Origin: an uncultured Acidobacteriota bacterium
GTDB taxonomy: Bacteria > Acidobacteriota > Thermoanaerobaculia > Multivoradales > UBA5704
Reading direction: 5' to 3'
DNA: 64,000 nucleotides
NCBI GenBank assembly: GCA_963770895.1
Contig: CAVYRF010000002.1
Location: 5,248,001 to 5,312,000 of the forward strand
Positions 1 through 8,596 of the stretch are shown here, one piece after another. Both the position numbers and the translations under genes were made by a program. A model generated the notes under the pieces. The model saw nothing but the letters and a program-made list of their open reading frames with translations, did no database searches and was not told the origin of the DNA. The stretch's first letter is position 1. Each line of letters starts with the position of its first letter.

Positions 1-176
1 TTACCAGCTGAGGCCAGCATAGGCCCTCACATTTGTTTCATATGCCACGAAGCATGGCACAAAATCTGCCGGTGAGTCTGGCCGGAACGCTATCACAGGA
101 CGGGCGGAAGCGCTAGCGCGATCATCTCCGTCGCATGTGCGGGCGACTGCCTCTCCCCGGCCTCCGCCAGGGCTAG

Positions 177-341
177 AGGGGAGCGTGGCCCGAGGCGCGG
201 CTGTCGCGGTTCCGGAAGGATTTCGTTACTCTGACTATCCTCGGCGGCACGGGGACTGGCAAAACGCACGTTGCGGTGGCGGTCCTGAGGGAGGCTATGG
301 AAAGTGGGGGCCGGAGCGCCGGTGTTACAACGAGCTGGTGA
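177..341 (+). pseudogene. DnaC/IstB-like P-loop ATPase fragment
   Basis: A frame absent from the ORF track reads TLTILGGTGTGKTHVAVAVLREAMESGG (Walker A plus following helix typical of DnaC/IstB), bounded by stops at 174 and ~339. Confidence 0.5.
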
Positions 342-1069
342 TTCTTCTCCGCGACGGCGCTCAGGTGGAGAAATTCCGGGGTCTAGGCGCGCGCTGGCGA
401 CATGTCGGTCAGCGACGCCAGTAAGCTCCCGCACGTCCTCTACACGGTTAGCCGCATGCTGGTCGCCCAGGATCTTGAAGAGCGAGTCGAAAAGCTGGAG
501 CAGGCCGCCAACGGCCAGAGGAACGGAGGAGGGTAGGCCGCCTGGCTTCTCGTGTGCGGCGTCTGGAGGGAAGGCCCCGGCATCATTTTCAGTATGTGGT
601 GAGATTCGAGGAAGACCCCTCGCACCCTGACGAAGGCCAGCCTTGGTGCTTTACGTATGTGGTGAGAGAGCTGGAGTGCCCTGGTGCCTCCCCTTTGGAG
701 CGCCGTGGGCGCGACGGTCAGATTGTCGAGGCCGATGCCAGCGTCTCAGCCCGGTAGCGGCATGGGCACCGCCCGGATGGTGCTGGCGGATGCTAGCGGC
801 GTGGCGCCTCTGGCGGGCCTGGCAGGCCGCCGCGGCTAGGCCGCCTCAGAAATGGGCGTTGCCCGATCCCATGCTCTCCTACGGTGCCGCACCGGGGCAG
901 CCTGACGGGTGGCAGTCTGCGATTCGGGCCAGCAGATCGAGCTCAGCCGGCATCGGCCGCTGCCGGTTCGGCGGCGGCTGCGGAGCGACCAGGCGGCGGC
1001 GGTAGCGATGGGGCGGTGGCGGAGTACCGCACGGTGCTCGCAGGACGCTATGCCGCCGGGACGTGCGGG

Positions 1070-1293
1070 TCGATCGCCCGGACGCCCACGGGTGCGCAGG
1101 TACCACTCGCGCCGGTGGCGCTGGTCCAGGCCACGACCGGGCCGCCAATGATCCGCAGCGAGGGCGGGCTCCTGGCGGGCTTCGTCTTTCTCGGCGTCGC
1201 CGGCCGGCCGCTCGCCGCTATGTCCGCGCGGCGCGGCGCCAGGTCGAAGCCGAGGTCAAGCTGCCGCTAGGCGTCAGAGTCGAATGGGCCGGC
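1070..1293 (+). pseudogene. CusA/CzcA heavy-metal RND permease internal fragment, frameshifted
   Basis: TPTGAQVPLAPVALVQATTGPPMIRSEGGLLAGFVF..GRPL continues in another frame as RRQVEAEVKLPLGVRVEWAG, matching the CusA periplasmic region. Confidence 0.6.
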
Positions 1294-1560
1294 CTAGCTT
1301 CGACGGGCGCGCTTCGCAGCTCCCTGAGGGGTAGGCTCCGGTAGACGCACCGAGGACTGCGCCAGTTCCAGCAGGCCCCGCAACGCCGTATTGACCGCGT
1401 CGTCGTTGGGGAACGCCTTAGCCACTTGCGGGTCGAGCACGACGACATTGCTAGCCTCGCCGAGGCGCTGGGCATACTTGCCGCGTTCGACCTTTCCGAG
1501 GTCCGAGCGCTGGTATTCCGGGCGCAGCTCGTCGCTATCTTCGGTCTTAGCCTTCTTCAT
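1294..1560 (-). CDS. BrnA-like antitoxin partner of BrnT
   Basis: DELRPEY..RGKYAQRL..SNVVVLDPQVAKAFPNDDAVNTALR motif; overlaps the BrnT stop codon. Confidence 0.8.
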   Translation of the reverse strand: MKKAKTEDSDELRPEYQRSDLGKVERGKYAQRLGEASNVVVLDPQVAKAFPNDDAVNTALRGLLELAQSSVRLPEPTPQGAAKRARRS

Positions 1561-1822
1561 AGATCTTTCGCTCCAATCTGGTGGCCAAGCGCGCGCTGAT
1601 GATGCGAAGGACGTCCTCTTGTTCCGTGTGGGCCACGATCAGGAGGCGCCCCTCAGCCGAGACGCCGAAGGTGAGGAAGCGGTGTTCCGCTGCCGAGTGG
1701 TCCGGGTCGCTCGCGGTGGCGGCGAAGGGGTCGCGCAGAGCCGTCGCGGCTTCAACGAAGGAAACCCCATGCTTGCGCAAATTCGCTTGCTGCTTTCGCG
1801 GGTCCCACTCAAACCTCATCAT
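1547..1822 (-). CDS. BrnT family toxin (ribonuclease)
   Basis: MRFEWDPRKQQANLRKHGVSFVEA...RIISARLAT..ERKIYEEG; start placed at MMRFEW. Confidence 0.9.
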   Translation of the reverse strand: MMRFEWDPRKQQANLRKHGVSFVEAATALRDPFAATASDPDHSAAEHRFLTFGVSAEGRLLIVAHTEQEDVLRIISARLATRLERKIYEEG

Positions 1823-1992
1823 CGAAAGTATAACCCTCTGCCCTGCCGCATCCGAGGCGCCTTGAGCCGAAACCGGCGGCGCCAGCACCCTCCCAATGCC
1901 GGGCAGGTGCATCGATCCTTTCCCGTCGCCTCCCCCTAAGGGGGGCGTAGGAAGCCGGCTCTAGCCTCTCTACGGATGGTTCGGCGTCATCA

Positions 1993-2349
1993 TCAATCCG
2001 GGCCTGCCCTGTCTGACCTCGCCCGGTTTTTCTGGGCGAGGAGGCGCTCTCGCAGTTCTTGGTGTTCCGAACGTCCCTCGATCTGGCGTCGCAGCTCCGC
2101 ACGATCCCGCGCGCGCTGTACCAGGTACTCCTCGACTTCGGAGTGGTGCCGAAGGTAGTAGGCGATGACGGCATACACGTCCGGCAGCGAAATAGGTGGG
2201 TAGTTCTGCACGATCTCCTCTGCGGTCGCACCGCACTGGAACGCTCTCACGACGGCGTCGAGCGTGAGACGGGTTCCTGCGATGCGGATGGCCGAGCCGT
2301 CATCGGCAAAGACCAGCGGCACTGGATCGAGCAGGGGCGGGCGGTTCAT
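1993..2349 (-). CDS. DUF433 domain antitoxin-like protein
   Basis: IRIAGTRLTLDAVV..F..GATAEEIVQNYP.ISL.DVYAVIAYY; no intact cognate PIN toxin downstream. Confidence 0.85.
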   Translation of the reverse strand: MNRPPLLDPVPLVFADDGSAIRIAGTRLTLDAVVRAFQCGATAEEIVQNYPPISLPDVYAVIAYYLRHHSEVEEYLVQRARDRAELRRQIEGRSEHQELRERLLAQKNRARSDRAGPD

Positions 2350-2536
2350 CGAGGAAGATTCTAGTGAAACGCCACGCCGTCAGGCTGCTCGCCGAGTATG
2401 AGGTATCTGGCGCTCATGCGCCGCTGTGCCTTGTCGTCAGAGCATGAAATTCGGCCGGTCCGGGGGCGCCGTTTTGCACACACCGGACCGGCAGAGAAAA
2501 GGCGCGATCGTTACTGAGCCCTTTGGCGCTGGAACG

Positions 2537-2995
2537 TCATGTTGCGCGGTCCCAGCCGCCGGCCTGCAACTCAATAAAGGCGAGGCAGCAGTGGGCAACA
2601 GCCTTGCCGCACTCCTGGGCCAGCCGGAGGGCGGCTTTGTGGGTAGGAGGGGGAGCCTCGGCCGGCGGTGTTCGGGTGTCCGGCGGCAGGGTGCCGTCTT
2701 GTCCCTGCTCCTCAGCTTGGCGCTGGGCGCGATAGAAGTCCGCCATGGTCAGGCCCAGGGCTTCGACGATGCGGCGAAGGTTGCGGGCTCTCGGCTGCAA
2801 TTCGCCGTGTTCGTAGCGGCAGATCGAGGTTAGCGTGACACCGGACTCTGCGGCGAGCTGCCGAAGGGTCATTCCCGATGCTCGACGGGCAGCCAGGAGC
2901 GCGCGGCCAACGATCTCGGCTTCGTCGCTGTTTCGCTTCGTGGGCCGCGCCCGGTGCAGTCGAATCTTTGCTGGGTTCTCCGTGTTGGTCGGCAT
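2537..2995 (-). CDS. XRE-family helix-turn-helix regulator
   Basis: VGRALLAARRASGMTLRQLAAESGVTLTSICRYEHGELQP..LRRIVEALG; real start is at MPTNTE within the long ORF. Confidence 0.85.
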   Translation of the reverse strand: MPTNTENPAKIRLHRARPTKRNSDEAEIVGRALLAARRASGMTLRQLAAESGVTLTSICRYEHGELQPRARNLRRIVEALGLTMADFYRAQRQAEEQGQDGTLPPDTRTPPAEAPPPTHKAALRLAQECGKAVAHCCLAFIELQAGGWDRAT

Positions 2996-2997
2996 GG

Positions 2998-3720
2998 TCA
3001 CCAGGCTCCCCGGCGTGAAAGCGACGCCCAGCGGCCAGTTGCGCCGAGGACGATATGGTCCAGGAATTCGATGCCTAGGAGGTCGGCGGCTTCCTTCAAC
3101 CGCTTGGTGAAGTGCCAGTCGTTGGCGCTGGGCGTCGGATCGCCGCTCGGATGGGTGTGGAAGAGCGCCAAGCCGGCGGCGCCGCGCAGGAAGCATTCCT
3201 TCAGGATTTCGCGGGGCTCGGCTGGGATGCGGTCGAGGGTGCCGCGGTAGATGTCCATTTCGCCTATCAGGGCGTGGCGCTGGTCGAAGAACAGGGCGCC
3301 GAGGACTTCCTGGTCGCGGCGCTGGTAGTGCAGAGTCAGGTAGCGGGCCAGCTCGGCCGGCCGGGTCAGCACGTGATGCTCGGGGATGTGCTGGCGAGCC
3401 AGGCGGGCGGCCAGCTCGGCGGCAGCAAGGACAACCGCTGCCTGGGTATCCCGCAGGCCAGCGTGCCGAAGAAGAGCCAGAGACGCGGCAGGAAGGGCGG
3501 CCAGGCCGCCCCGATGGGTCAGGAGATGGTGCGCCAGGGCCAGCGGCTTCTCGCTGTTGCGCCCGCCGCCGATCAGGACGGCCAGGACTTCGGTATCTGA
3601 GAGGGCGGCGCTTCCCGTTCTCAGAAGACGGGTCGCTGCTGGCTCCGGGGCAGGCATGGGCAGAGGGTCGGTGGGGAGCGTGGCCGGTGCCAGCGCCGCC
3701 ACGAGCTGGAGGGCGGTCAT
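2998..3720 (-). CDS. radC: RadC family JAB-domain protein
   Basis: LSDTEVLAVLI N-terminal region, HTHPSGDPTPSAND JAB motif, FLDHIVLG. Confidence 0.9.
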   Translation of the reverse strand: MTALQLVAALAPATLPTDPLPMPAPEPAATRLLRTGSAALSDTEVLAVLIGGGRNSEKPLALAHHLLTHRGGLAALPAASLALLRHAGLRDTQAAVVLAAAELAARLARQHIPEHHVLTRPAELARYLTLHYQRRDQEVLGALFFDQRHALIGEMDIYRGTLDRIPAEPREILKECFLRGAAGLALFHTHPSGDPTPSANDWHFTKRLKEAADLLGIEFLDHIVLGATGRWASLSRRGAW

Positions 3721-4055
3721 GGGCGCCTCCGCTGCGTCTGCAACTGTTCGTGGAAGTCGCGCGCCAGCTCGCCGTTGGTGATCTCGGCCGACCGCAGCAG
3801 CGAATGAATGGCGGGCCAGAGGTCATCGCCCACGACGCACTCGATCGTACCCAGGATGTCTGTTGCCACGTCGAACGGTTTCCGGCCTTCGTGGCGATCG
3901 TCGATGTCCTGCGGTGCCGGCAGTCCGTCGTGGACCTCTTCAAGGAGATCCGTTACGGCCAGGAGTTGGTTGGCGGCGTCGCTGAGGGCGGCCTGTGCCC
4001 TGGCGACCGTCCACGGGATAGGGGAAGAAGAGGTATCTTCGCTACAGCTCGGCAT
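3717..4055 (-). CDS. small helical hypothetical protein (antisense-regulated module copy A)
   Basis: 112-aa ORF with GGAGG RBS, overlapping the radC start; preceded by the conserved hairpin leader. Confidence 0.7.
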   Translation of the reverse strand: MPSCSEDTSSSPIPWTVARAQAALSDAANQLLAVTDLLEEVHDGLPAPQDIDDRHEGRKPFDVATDILGTIECVVGDDLWPAIHSLLRSAEITNGELARDFHEQLQTQRRRP

Positions 4056-4122
4056 CGGGTGTCCTCCGGTGTCGGGTCAGGTCTCGGCGGGAGCGTCCAA
4101 CTCTCGCCGGGGCCGTCTGGTT
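4046..4122 (+). ncRNA. candidate antisense sRNA (SymR-like architecture), copy A
   Basis: -10-like TATCTT at 4034-4039; 14-bp stem 4080-4093/4101-4114 with 7-nt loop, fully paired on the + strand with 3 G.U pairs. Ends are approximate. Confidence 0.5.
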
Positions 4123-4171
4123 AGGAAATTGGGGCGGCACAATGCCGCCCCGCCGTGTATTCAGGGCTTCT

Positions 4172-4783
4172 TGTTGCCGGCTGAGCAGACCCGCTGCTAT
4201 TCGGTGAAGAACGCGTGTCACCGCCGCTGCTTAAATACCGCTGCTGGAGGGCGCCCTCGGCGTCGGCTGGTATTGAACCAGCGGTGGAGGGGTCGAAAGC
4301 GTAGGAACTCTGTCCGAACTGTTCCGCAGACTGGGCAGACTGGCGGCCGCGGTTCGGTATCGGGCGAGAGGAGGCCGGCAGGCTGGGGCGTATTGCGACA
4401 CTGCTCCGTCACGACCGGTCGGCGCTCCGATTGGCGGTACCGGGCTTGGCGCTCTGCATGAAGCAGCCGTCCGCGTGGCGTAGCCTGGTGGCGCCTGTTG
4501 GATGCTCGCTGCTTCTCCCTGCGTGCGGCTCGCGCACACACCTTGCCGCAGTAGATGTTGCCTCGGTCGCACCCCGAGCAGATCGCGACCAATGCGCGAC
4601 ACCTGAGACAGCAGTACAAACGCTGAGCCTTCATGGTAGAGCCAGTCTACCGCCAGCCGCCGGCCCGCCGGTCCACCTTGTCCACCCCCCCGGCGGGGAT
4701 GATGCTGAGGGAACTTCACCACCTCCGATGGCTGAGAACTGCGTTCTTCACCGGATAGCAGCGGGTCTGCGCAACCGCCAACA
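4172..4783. mobile_element. non-autonomous IS21-like element (612 bp) carrying a Zn-finger ORF
   Basis: TG...CA ends; 43-bp terminal inverted repeats with 4 mismatches (tgttgccggctgagcagacccgctgctattcggtgaagaacgc vs rc tgttggcggttgcgcagacccgctgctatccggtgaagaacgc); 5-bp TSD CTTCT at 4167-4171 and 4784-4788. Confidence 0.85.
4218..4634 (-). CDS. Cys-rich Zn-finger protein resembling the accessory ORF upstream of istA in some IS21 elements
   Basis: RLYCCLRCRALVAICSGCDRGNIYCGKVC..RR..Q.T.RGRL.HAERQARYR and a C-terminal CPVCG. Confidence 0.7.
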   Translation of the reverse strand: MKAQRLYCCLRCRALVAICSGCDRGNIYCGKVCARAARREKQRASNRRHQATPRGRLLHAERQARYRQSERRPVVTEQCRNTPQPAGLLSPDTEPRPPVCPVCGTVRTEFLRFRPLHRWFNTSRRRGRPPAAVFKQRR

Positions 4784-5977
4784 CTTCTTGAAGGGGATGA
4801 CCTCCGCGGCCGTGTGGCCGTTGAGAGCGGCGGCGATCTCCGAGGAGATCCGGGCAGCGGCGGCGCGCCGCGGGTCGTCGTCGAGGTGCGCGTAGCGGGC
4901 CGTTGTCGCCGGATGCCGGTGCCCCAGGATCGAGCCGAGCACGGGCAGGCCCAGATTGGCCGCTACGCCCACACTGGCGAAGCTGTGGCGCAGATCGTGG
5001 AGCCGGACATCCTCCAGGCCGGCCCGTTCGCGGATGCGCGCCCAGGGGCGCTGGAGGCCCTGGAAACGGCCTCCAGCGCGGTGACCAGGGATGACATAGG
5101 GGCTGCCCTCGATGCGCAGCGCTGCGGCCAGCACCTCGGCCGCCGCCGGCCCCAGAGGGATCGACTTCTTGCCGGTCTTGCTGTCGGGCAGGTTGAGGGT
5201 GCCCGTCTCCAGGTCAACTTCCTCCCAGCGCAGGTCCAAGATCTCGTCCCGGCGGGCGCCGGTCAGGAGCAACAGCCGGACGGCCAGCACCACCGCGGGG
5301 TCCTCGGAACCCTCGCGCTCCACCGCCGCCAGGGCATCGCCCAGCCGCCGTAGCTCGGCTCCGGTCAGAAACCGCTCGCGTTTGCGTTCGCTGTACCGGC
5401 CGATCCTGGGGCAAGGGTTAGAGTGGAGCGGGCGCAGGCCCCAGGTTTCGGCAAGGTTGAGCATCTTGCTCAGCAGGGCCAGCACCCGGTTGCCCTGGAT
5501 CGGTTTGTCCCGCAGCGAATGGTGCAGGTCGGCGGCTTCCTTCAAGCCGACCGTCGCGACCTTGCGCCGGCCGAGGGCGGGCAGGATGTAGAGCCGCAGC
5601 AGGCGGTCGTCGCCCTCGGTGCTGGAGTGCTTCTTCTTGGGGCCGGCGTGTTGCTCCAGGTACCGGCGGGCGAGGTCGGCTACGGTCGGCGCCGCCACCT
5701 GCGCTGCGTGCTCGGCGGCCGGGTCTTCGCCGCGGGCGACGCGCGCCAAGGTCTGGCGGGCGGCCTCGCGCGCCTGATCGGGAGTGATGGTGCCGTACTC
5801 GCCGAGGGTCAGGCGCCGGGTCTGCCGGTCGCGCATCCATTCGACGATGAACCTCCGGCTGCCGCCGGCCCGGACGCGCAGGACGAAGCCGCGCAGCTCG
5901 GTGTCCCAGACCTTGACCTCACCCTTGGCAGGCATGTCGAGGGAGTCCACAAGGCGCTTGGTGATCTTGGCTCGCAT
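4748..5977 (-). CDS. tyrosine integrase with N-terminal arm-binding domain (element 1); last codons replaced by the inserted mini-element
   Basis: MRAKITKR..WDTELRGF arm domain; TGARRDE, HDLRHSF, LGHR....TARY catalytic motifs. Confidence 0.95.
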   Translation of the reverse strand: MRAKITKRLVDSLDMPAKGEVKVWDTELRGFVLRVRAGGSRRFIVEWMRDRQTRRLTLGEYGTITPDQAREAARQTLARVARGEDPAAEHAAQVAAPTVADLARRYLEQHAGPKKKHSSTEGDDRLLRLYILPALGRRKVATVGLKEAADLHHSLRDKPIQGNRVLALLSKMLNLAETWGLRPLHSNPCPRIGRYSERKRERFLTGAELRRLGDALAAVEREGSEDPAVVLAVRLLLLTGARRDEILDLRWEEVDLETGTLNLPDSKTGKKSIPLGPAAAEVLAAALRIEGSPYVIPGHRAGGRFQGLQRPWARIRERAGLEDVRLHDLRHSFASVGVAANLGLPVLGSILGHRHPATTARYAHLDDDPRRAAAARISSEIAAALNGHTAAEVIPFKKCWRLRRPAAIR

Positions 5978-5984
5978 GGTCGTT

Positions 5985-6020
5985 GGCTGGGCTGTCCTGG
6001 GCTGTCGCTGGGCTGTCGGA
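5985..6020. repeat. tandem TGGGCTGTC direct repeats, probable integrase arm-type binding sites
   Basis: Three copies between the integrase start and the att core; the same array occurs at ~20921-20977 before the second integrase. Confidence 0.6.
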
Positions 6021-6123
6021 GAACAGGATTCAGAGGGTAGCACAGGGAACGCCAGAGTCAAGAAAGCCCGTAGAATAAGGATTTCAGGGATGTGTCGGGA
6101 CTGCCTTGGACCCCGTACATCAA

Positions 6124-6170
6124 GACTGAAAATCACGGTGTCAGCGGTTCAGTTCCGTCCCTGGGCACCA
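6124..6170 (+). other. att site: 3' half of tRNA-Phe(GAA), junction of tandem elements 1 and 2
   Basis: gactGAAaatcacggtgtcagcggttcagttccgtccctgggcaCCA comprises the anticodon loop, T-arm, acceptor 3' strand and CCA; no D-arm or 5' half upstream. Confidence 0.85.
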
Positions 6171-6412
6171 AGTAAACCAAACAAAATAAGCGACTTACGG
6201 CTAGGCGGCCTGATTGTCGTCATGGCAGAAATGCGTCCTGGGGAGCGCCTGGGGAGCAGTAGAATTGGGATTGCGCCGGCCAGGCGCCCTGCCTCTCGGG
6301 GATTGCGCGGGTCCGTCTTGACGCTCCGCAGCGGCCTGGAGGTCGCCTCCCGCCATCGTCCCCAGGAGCCGGGGCTGGCGCCTGGGCCGTGCTGCTTTCG
6401 AGAGGTACCGCT

Positions 6413-6844
6413 ATGCCAGACGGGTCCAAGGGTGCCGGCGGCCGGCCCCGGAAGGAGTTGGACGCGGGAGCTGCCTACAAGCTCGGGCAGCTTGGCTGCA
6501 CCGACGCGGAGATCGCCGCCTTCTTCGGCGTCAGCGATGAGCTGGTGCGCCAGCGCAAGCGAACCGACCCGGAGTTTCTTGGAGCGCTCGAAAAAGGGCG
6601 CGCCACCATGAAACTGTGCCTCCGGCGCAAGCAGCTCAGGATCGCCCTCCGCGGCAACGTGCCGATGCTGATCTGGCTCGGCAAGCAGCTGCTCGGCCAG
6701 TCGGAGCAGGTACAGGACGTGACGCCGCCGCAGCCAAGGGAGGAAGTTGTGCTGCCTGCGCCGCTGTCCCCCGACGAGTACGCCGAAGTCGTCGAACGGC
6801 TGCGCAAGCGCGGTGCACTACCTGGCAGCTCAGAGATCAGCTGA
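6413..6844 (+). CDS. terminase small subunit-like HTH protein
   Basis: GGRPRKELD..A.KL..LGCTDAEIAAFFGVS...F..ALEKGRA...SLRR-like...GNVPMLIWLGKQLLGQSE, a phage TerS-type signature; GAGG RBS. Confidence 0.7.
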   Translation: MPDGSKGAGGRPRKELDAGAAYKLGQLGCTDAEIAAFFGVSDELVRQRKRTDPEFLGALEKGRATMKLCLRRKQLRIALRGNVPMLIWLGKQLLGQSEQVQDVTPPQPREEVVLPAPLSPDEYAEVVERLRKRGALPGSSEIS

Positions 6845-6921
6845 TCTCTTGCCAGGCGCCCAGGAGAGGCGAATCCTTCGGTTGGGGCCTGCGGCCGCTC
6901 GGGATCGTCCAGCTCTGGCGG

Positions 6922-7419
6922 TTATGTCTCGCCCGCCAGCTTCAGCAGCTGAGCCCTCAGCTCCGGCGACAGCCGATAGCCAACCCCGGCCAGCTCGTCC
7001 AAGGCCGGGGCAATCTGGCTGAGCAGCCCATTCCGCCGGGCGGCCAGCAGGACGGCGCCTGTCCCTGCCACCGGCACGCCGCGCGCCTTCGCCAGGGCTC
7101 TGCCGCGCCGGTCATCCATCAAGAGGAAGCGGCAGGCGCGCTGCTCGAACAGCACAATCGCCTCGGCCTCGCCTGGGTCCACTACTCGCTGTAGAACTTC
7201 GATATCGGCGGAAGGCGCCGGCACTTCCTGCACTAACCACCCCGCGGCGAGCGCCGAGCGCGCAGCCTTGGAGCCGGGGCGGTCTGCGTCGACCTGCAGC
7301 TCCTCAAGCACCTTCGGAGGGATCACCACCGTGCCGTAGAGGCTGCGCAGCAGATCGAGCCGACCAGTCCGCGCCAACGCGATGAGCGGCCCTGTATCGG
7401 CAATGATTGCGGTGTTCAA
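6922..7419 (-). CDS. DUF3368 PIN-domain toxin
   Basis: [12 protein letters not shown]...IPPKVLEEL...DPGEAEAI...[10 protein letters not shown]...G. Confidence 0.85.
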   Translation of the reverse strand: MNTAIIADTGPLIALARTGRLDLLRSLYGTVVIPPKVLEELQVDADRPGSKAARSALAAGWLVQEVPAPSADIEVLQRVVDPGEAEAIVLFEQRACRFLLMDDRRGRALAKARGVPVAGTGAVLLAARRNGLLSQIAPALDELAGVGYRLSPELRAQLLKLAGET

Positions 7420-7751
7420 CGTGCGACTTCGACCTCGCCCGCCAGCTCCTCGGGGTCATACCCGACCACTGGCACGCCCGCCTGGCTGAGAGTTTCCACG
7501 AAGAGCTCTACGGGAAGCTCTGCCATCTTCGCGGCTTGAGCCAAGGTCAACTGGCCGGCTGCGTAGAGCCGGATCGCAAGGGCGCGATGAACCCCGAACG
7601 ACAGCAGGCGGTCGTCGAACGGTACGGCCAGGATCGCCGGCCGGCCATGCTTCGTGATGATCGAGAGCTTGCCTTCCTCAGCGTCGCGCATCAGGTCGCC
7701 ACTCCGGTTGCGCAGGTCGCGGACGGTGAAGACGTCGAAGGGTTCTGCCAT
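7416..7751 (-). CDS. Phd/YefM-UPF0175 fusion antitoxin
   Basis: [17 protein letters not shown]....ITKHGRP followed by ALAIRLY..G.LTL.QAAKMA; overlaps the toxin start. Confidence 0.85.
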   Translation of the reverse strand: MAEPFDVFTVRDLRNRSGDLMRDAEEGKLSIITKHGRPAILAVPFDDRLLSFGVHRALAIRLYAAGQLTLAQAAKMAELPVELFVETLSQAGVPVVGYDPEELAGEVEVAR

Positions 7752-8255
7752 GAGTTGGATGCTCCTCCAGGCCCTTGTGCCCACAAACTGTAGCACAAGT
7801 ACTGTCCTGCGTAGGCTCGGGGCGCTTGGCTTGGATTCCAGGCGGCCAATGGCCCGCGTGGCAATTAGGGGGGCTGCGCCTCCAACGCTCAGCGCCGCCT
7901 GAACGGCCTCGTGCCGCGATCCTCTCCTTCCGAGGGTGTTGACCTGGCTCAGATGTTTTTTTAACGGGTACCGCTTTGGGAGGCGGATCTAAAGGTCAAT
8001 TCTTCCCCCAACAGTCGAGCTTTCATGAGCGGGATGTGCTGGCAGACAGCTCGCCGGTAGTCTGATCGATTGTGCAGCCATGCTTCCCTCTGGGTGACTT
8101 TGAGTGTTTTTAGATTAGGGGCTTGCCTTAAGCCTCCCGTTGTGTGTCAAATGGTTTGCATTGCAGCAAGGTGAGGCAACCATGCCGGTGTCTCTCCAGG
8201 GAAGCGCAGCGCCAGAGCTGGATAGCCCAGCCTGGCCCGTTATCGGAGCAAAAAG

Positions 8256-8501
8256 ATGCGAGACGACGCCCGGCCGCTTACCGAAGTTCCTTCGAATAGT
8301 TCTCGGTTTCTTCGCCCTCACCAAGTCGAAGCCATTTACGGACTTTCCAAAAAGTTCCTTGCGCACGCGCGGATGCGGGGCGACGGTCCGCAATTCTGCA
8401 AGGCGTCTGGCAAGTTGGTTCTCTATGCCGTCGACGACATCGAGCGGTGGCTGGCCGCCAAGCGTCGCAAGTCCACTTCCGATCCGGGCGTCGTGGAGTG
8501 A
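8256..8501 (+). CDS. AlpA/excisionase-like HTH protein
   Basis: FLRPHQVEAIYGLSKKFLAHARMRGDGPQF.K..GKLVLY..DDIERWL. Confidence 0.8.
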   Translation: MRDDARPLTEVPSNSSRFLRPHQVEAIYGLSKKFLAHARMRGDGPQFCKASGKLVLYAVDDIERWLAAKRRKSTSDPGVVE

Positions 8502-8596
8502 GCTGCGGTGTCCAGGCAGACGAATATGCGCCAGGAGCTGCTTGCCAACCTGGCGGCGGCGGTGCGTGCGCGTGGCGGTCGGCGCGAAGGGCAGGA

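Noticed and set aside
430-1060. Several short overlapping ORFs
   Set aside because: No recognisable motif, RBS or consistent coding frame; left uncalled.
2537-3943. 468-aa ORF as a single protein (likewise 16564-17535, 42521-43942, 61682-63946)
   Set aside because: Only the C-terminal parts are real genes (HTH, HTH, AKR, TrmL); the upstream parts overlap other genes out of frame.
6100-6170. Intact tRNA-Phe gene
   Set aside because: Only the anticodon loop to CCA is present; no 5' acceptor strand or D-arm, so it is called an att fragment.
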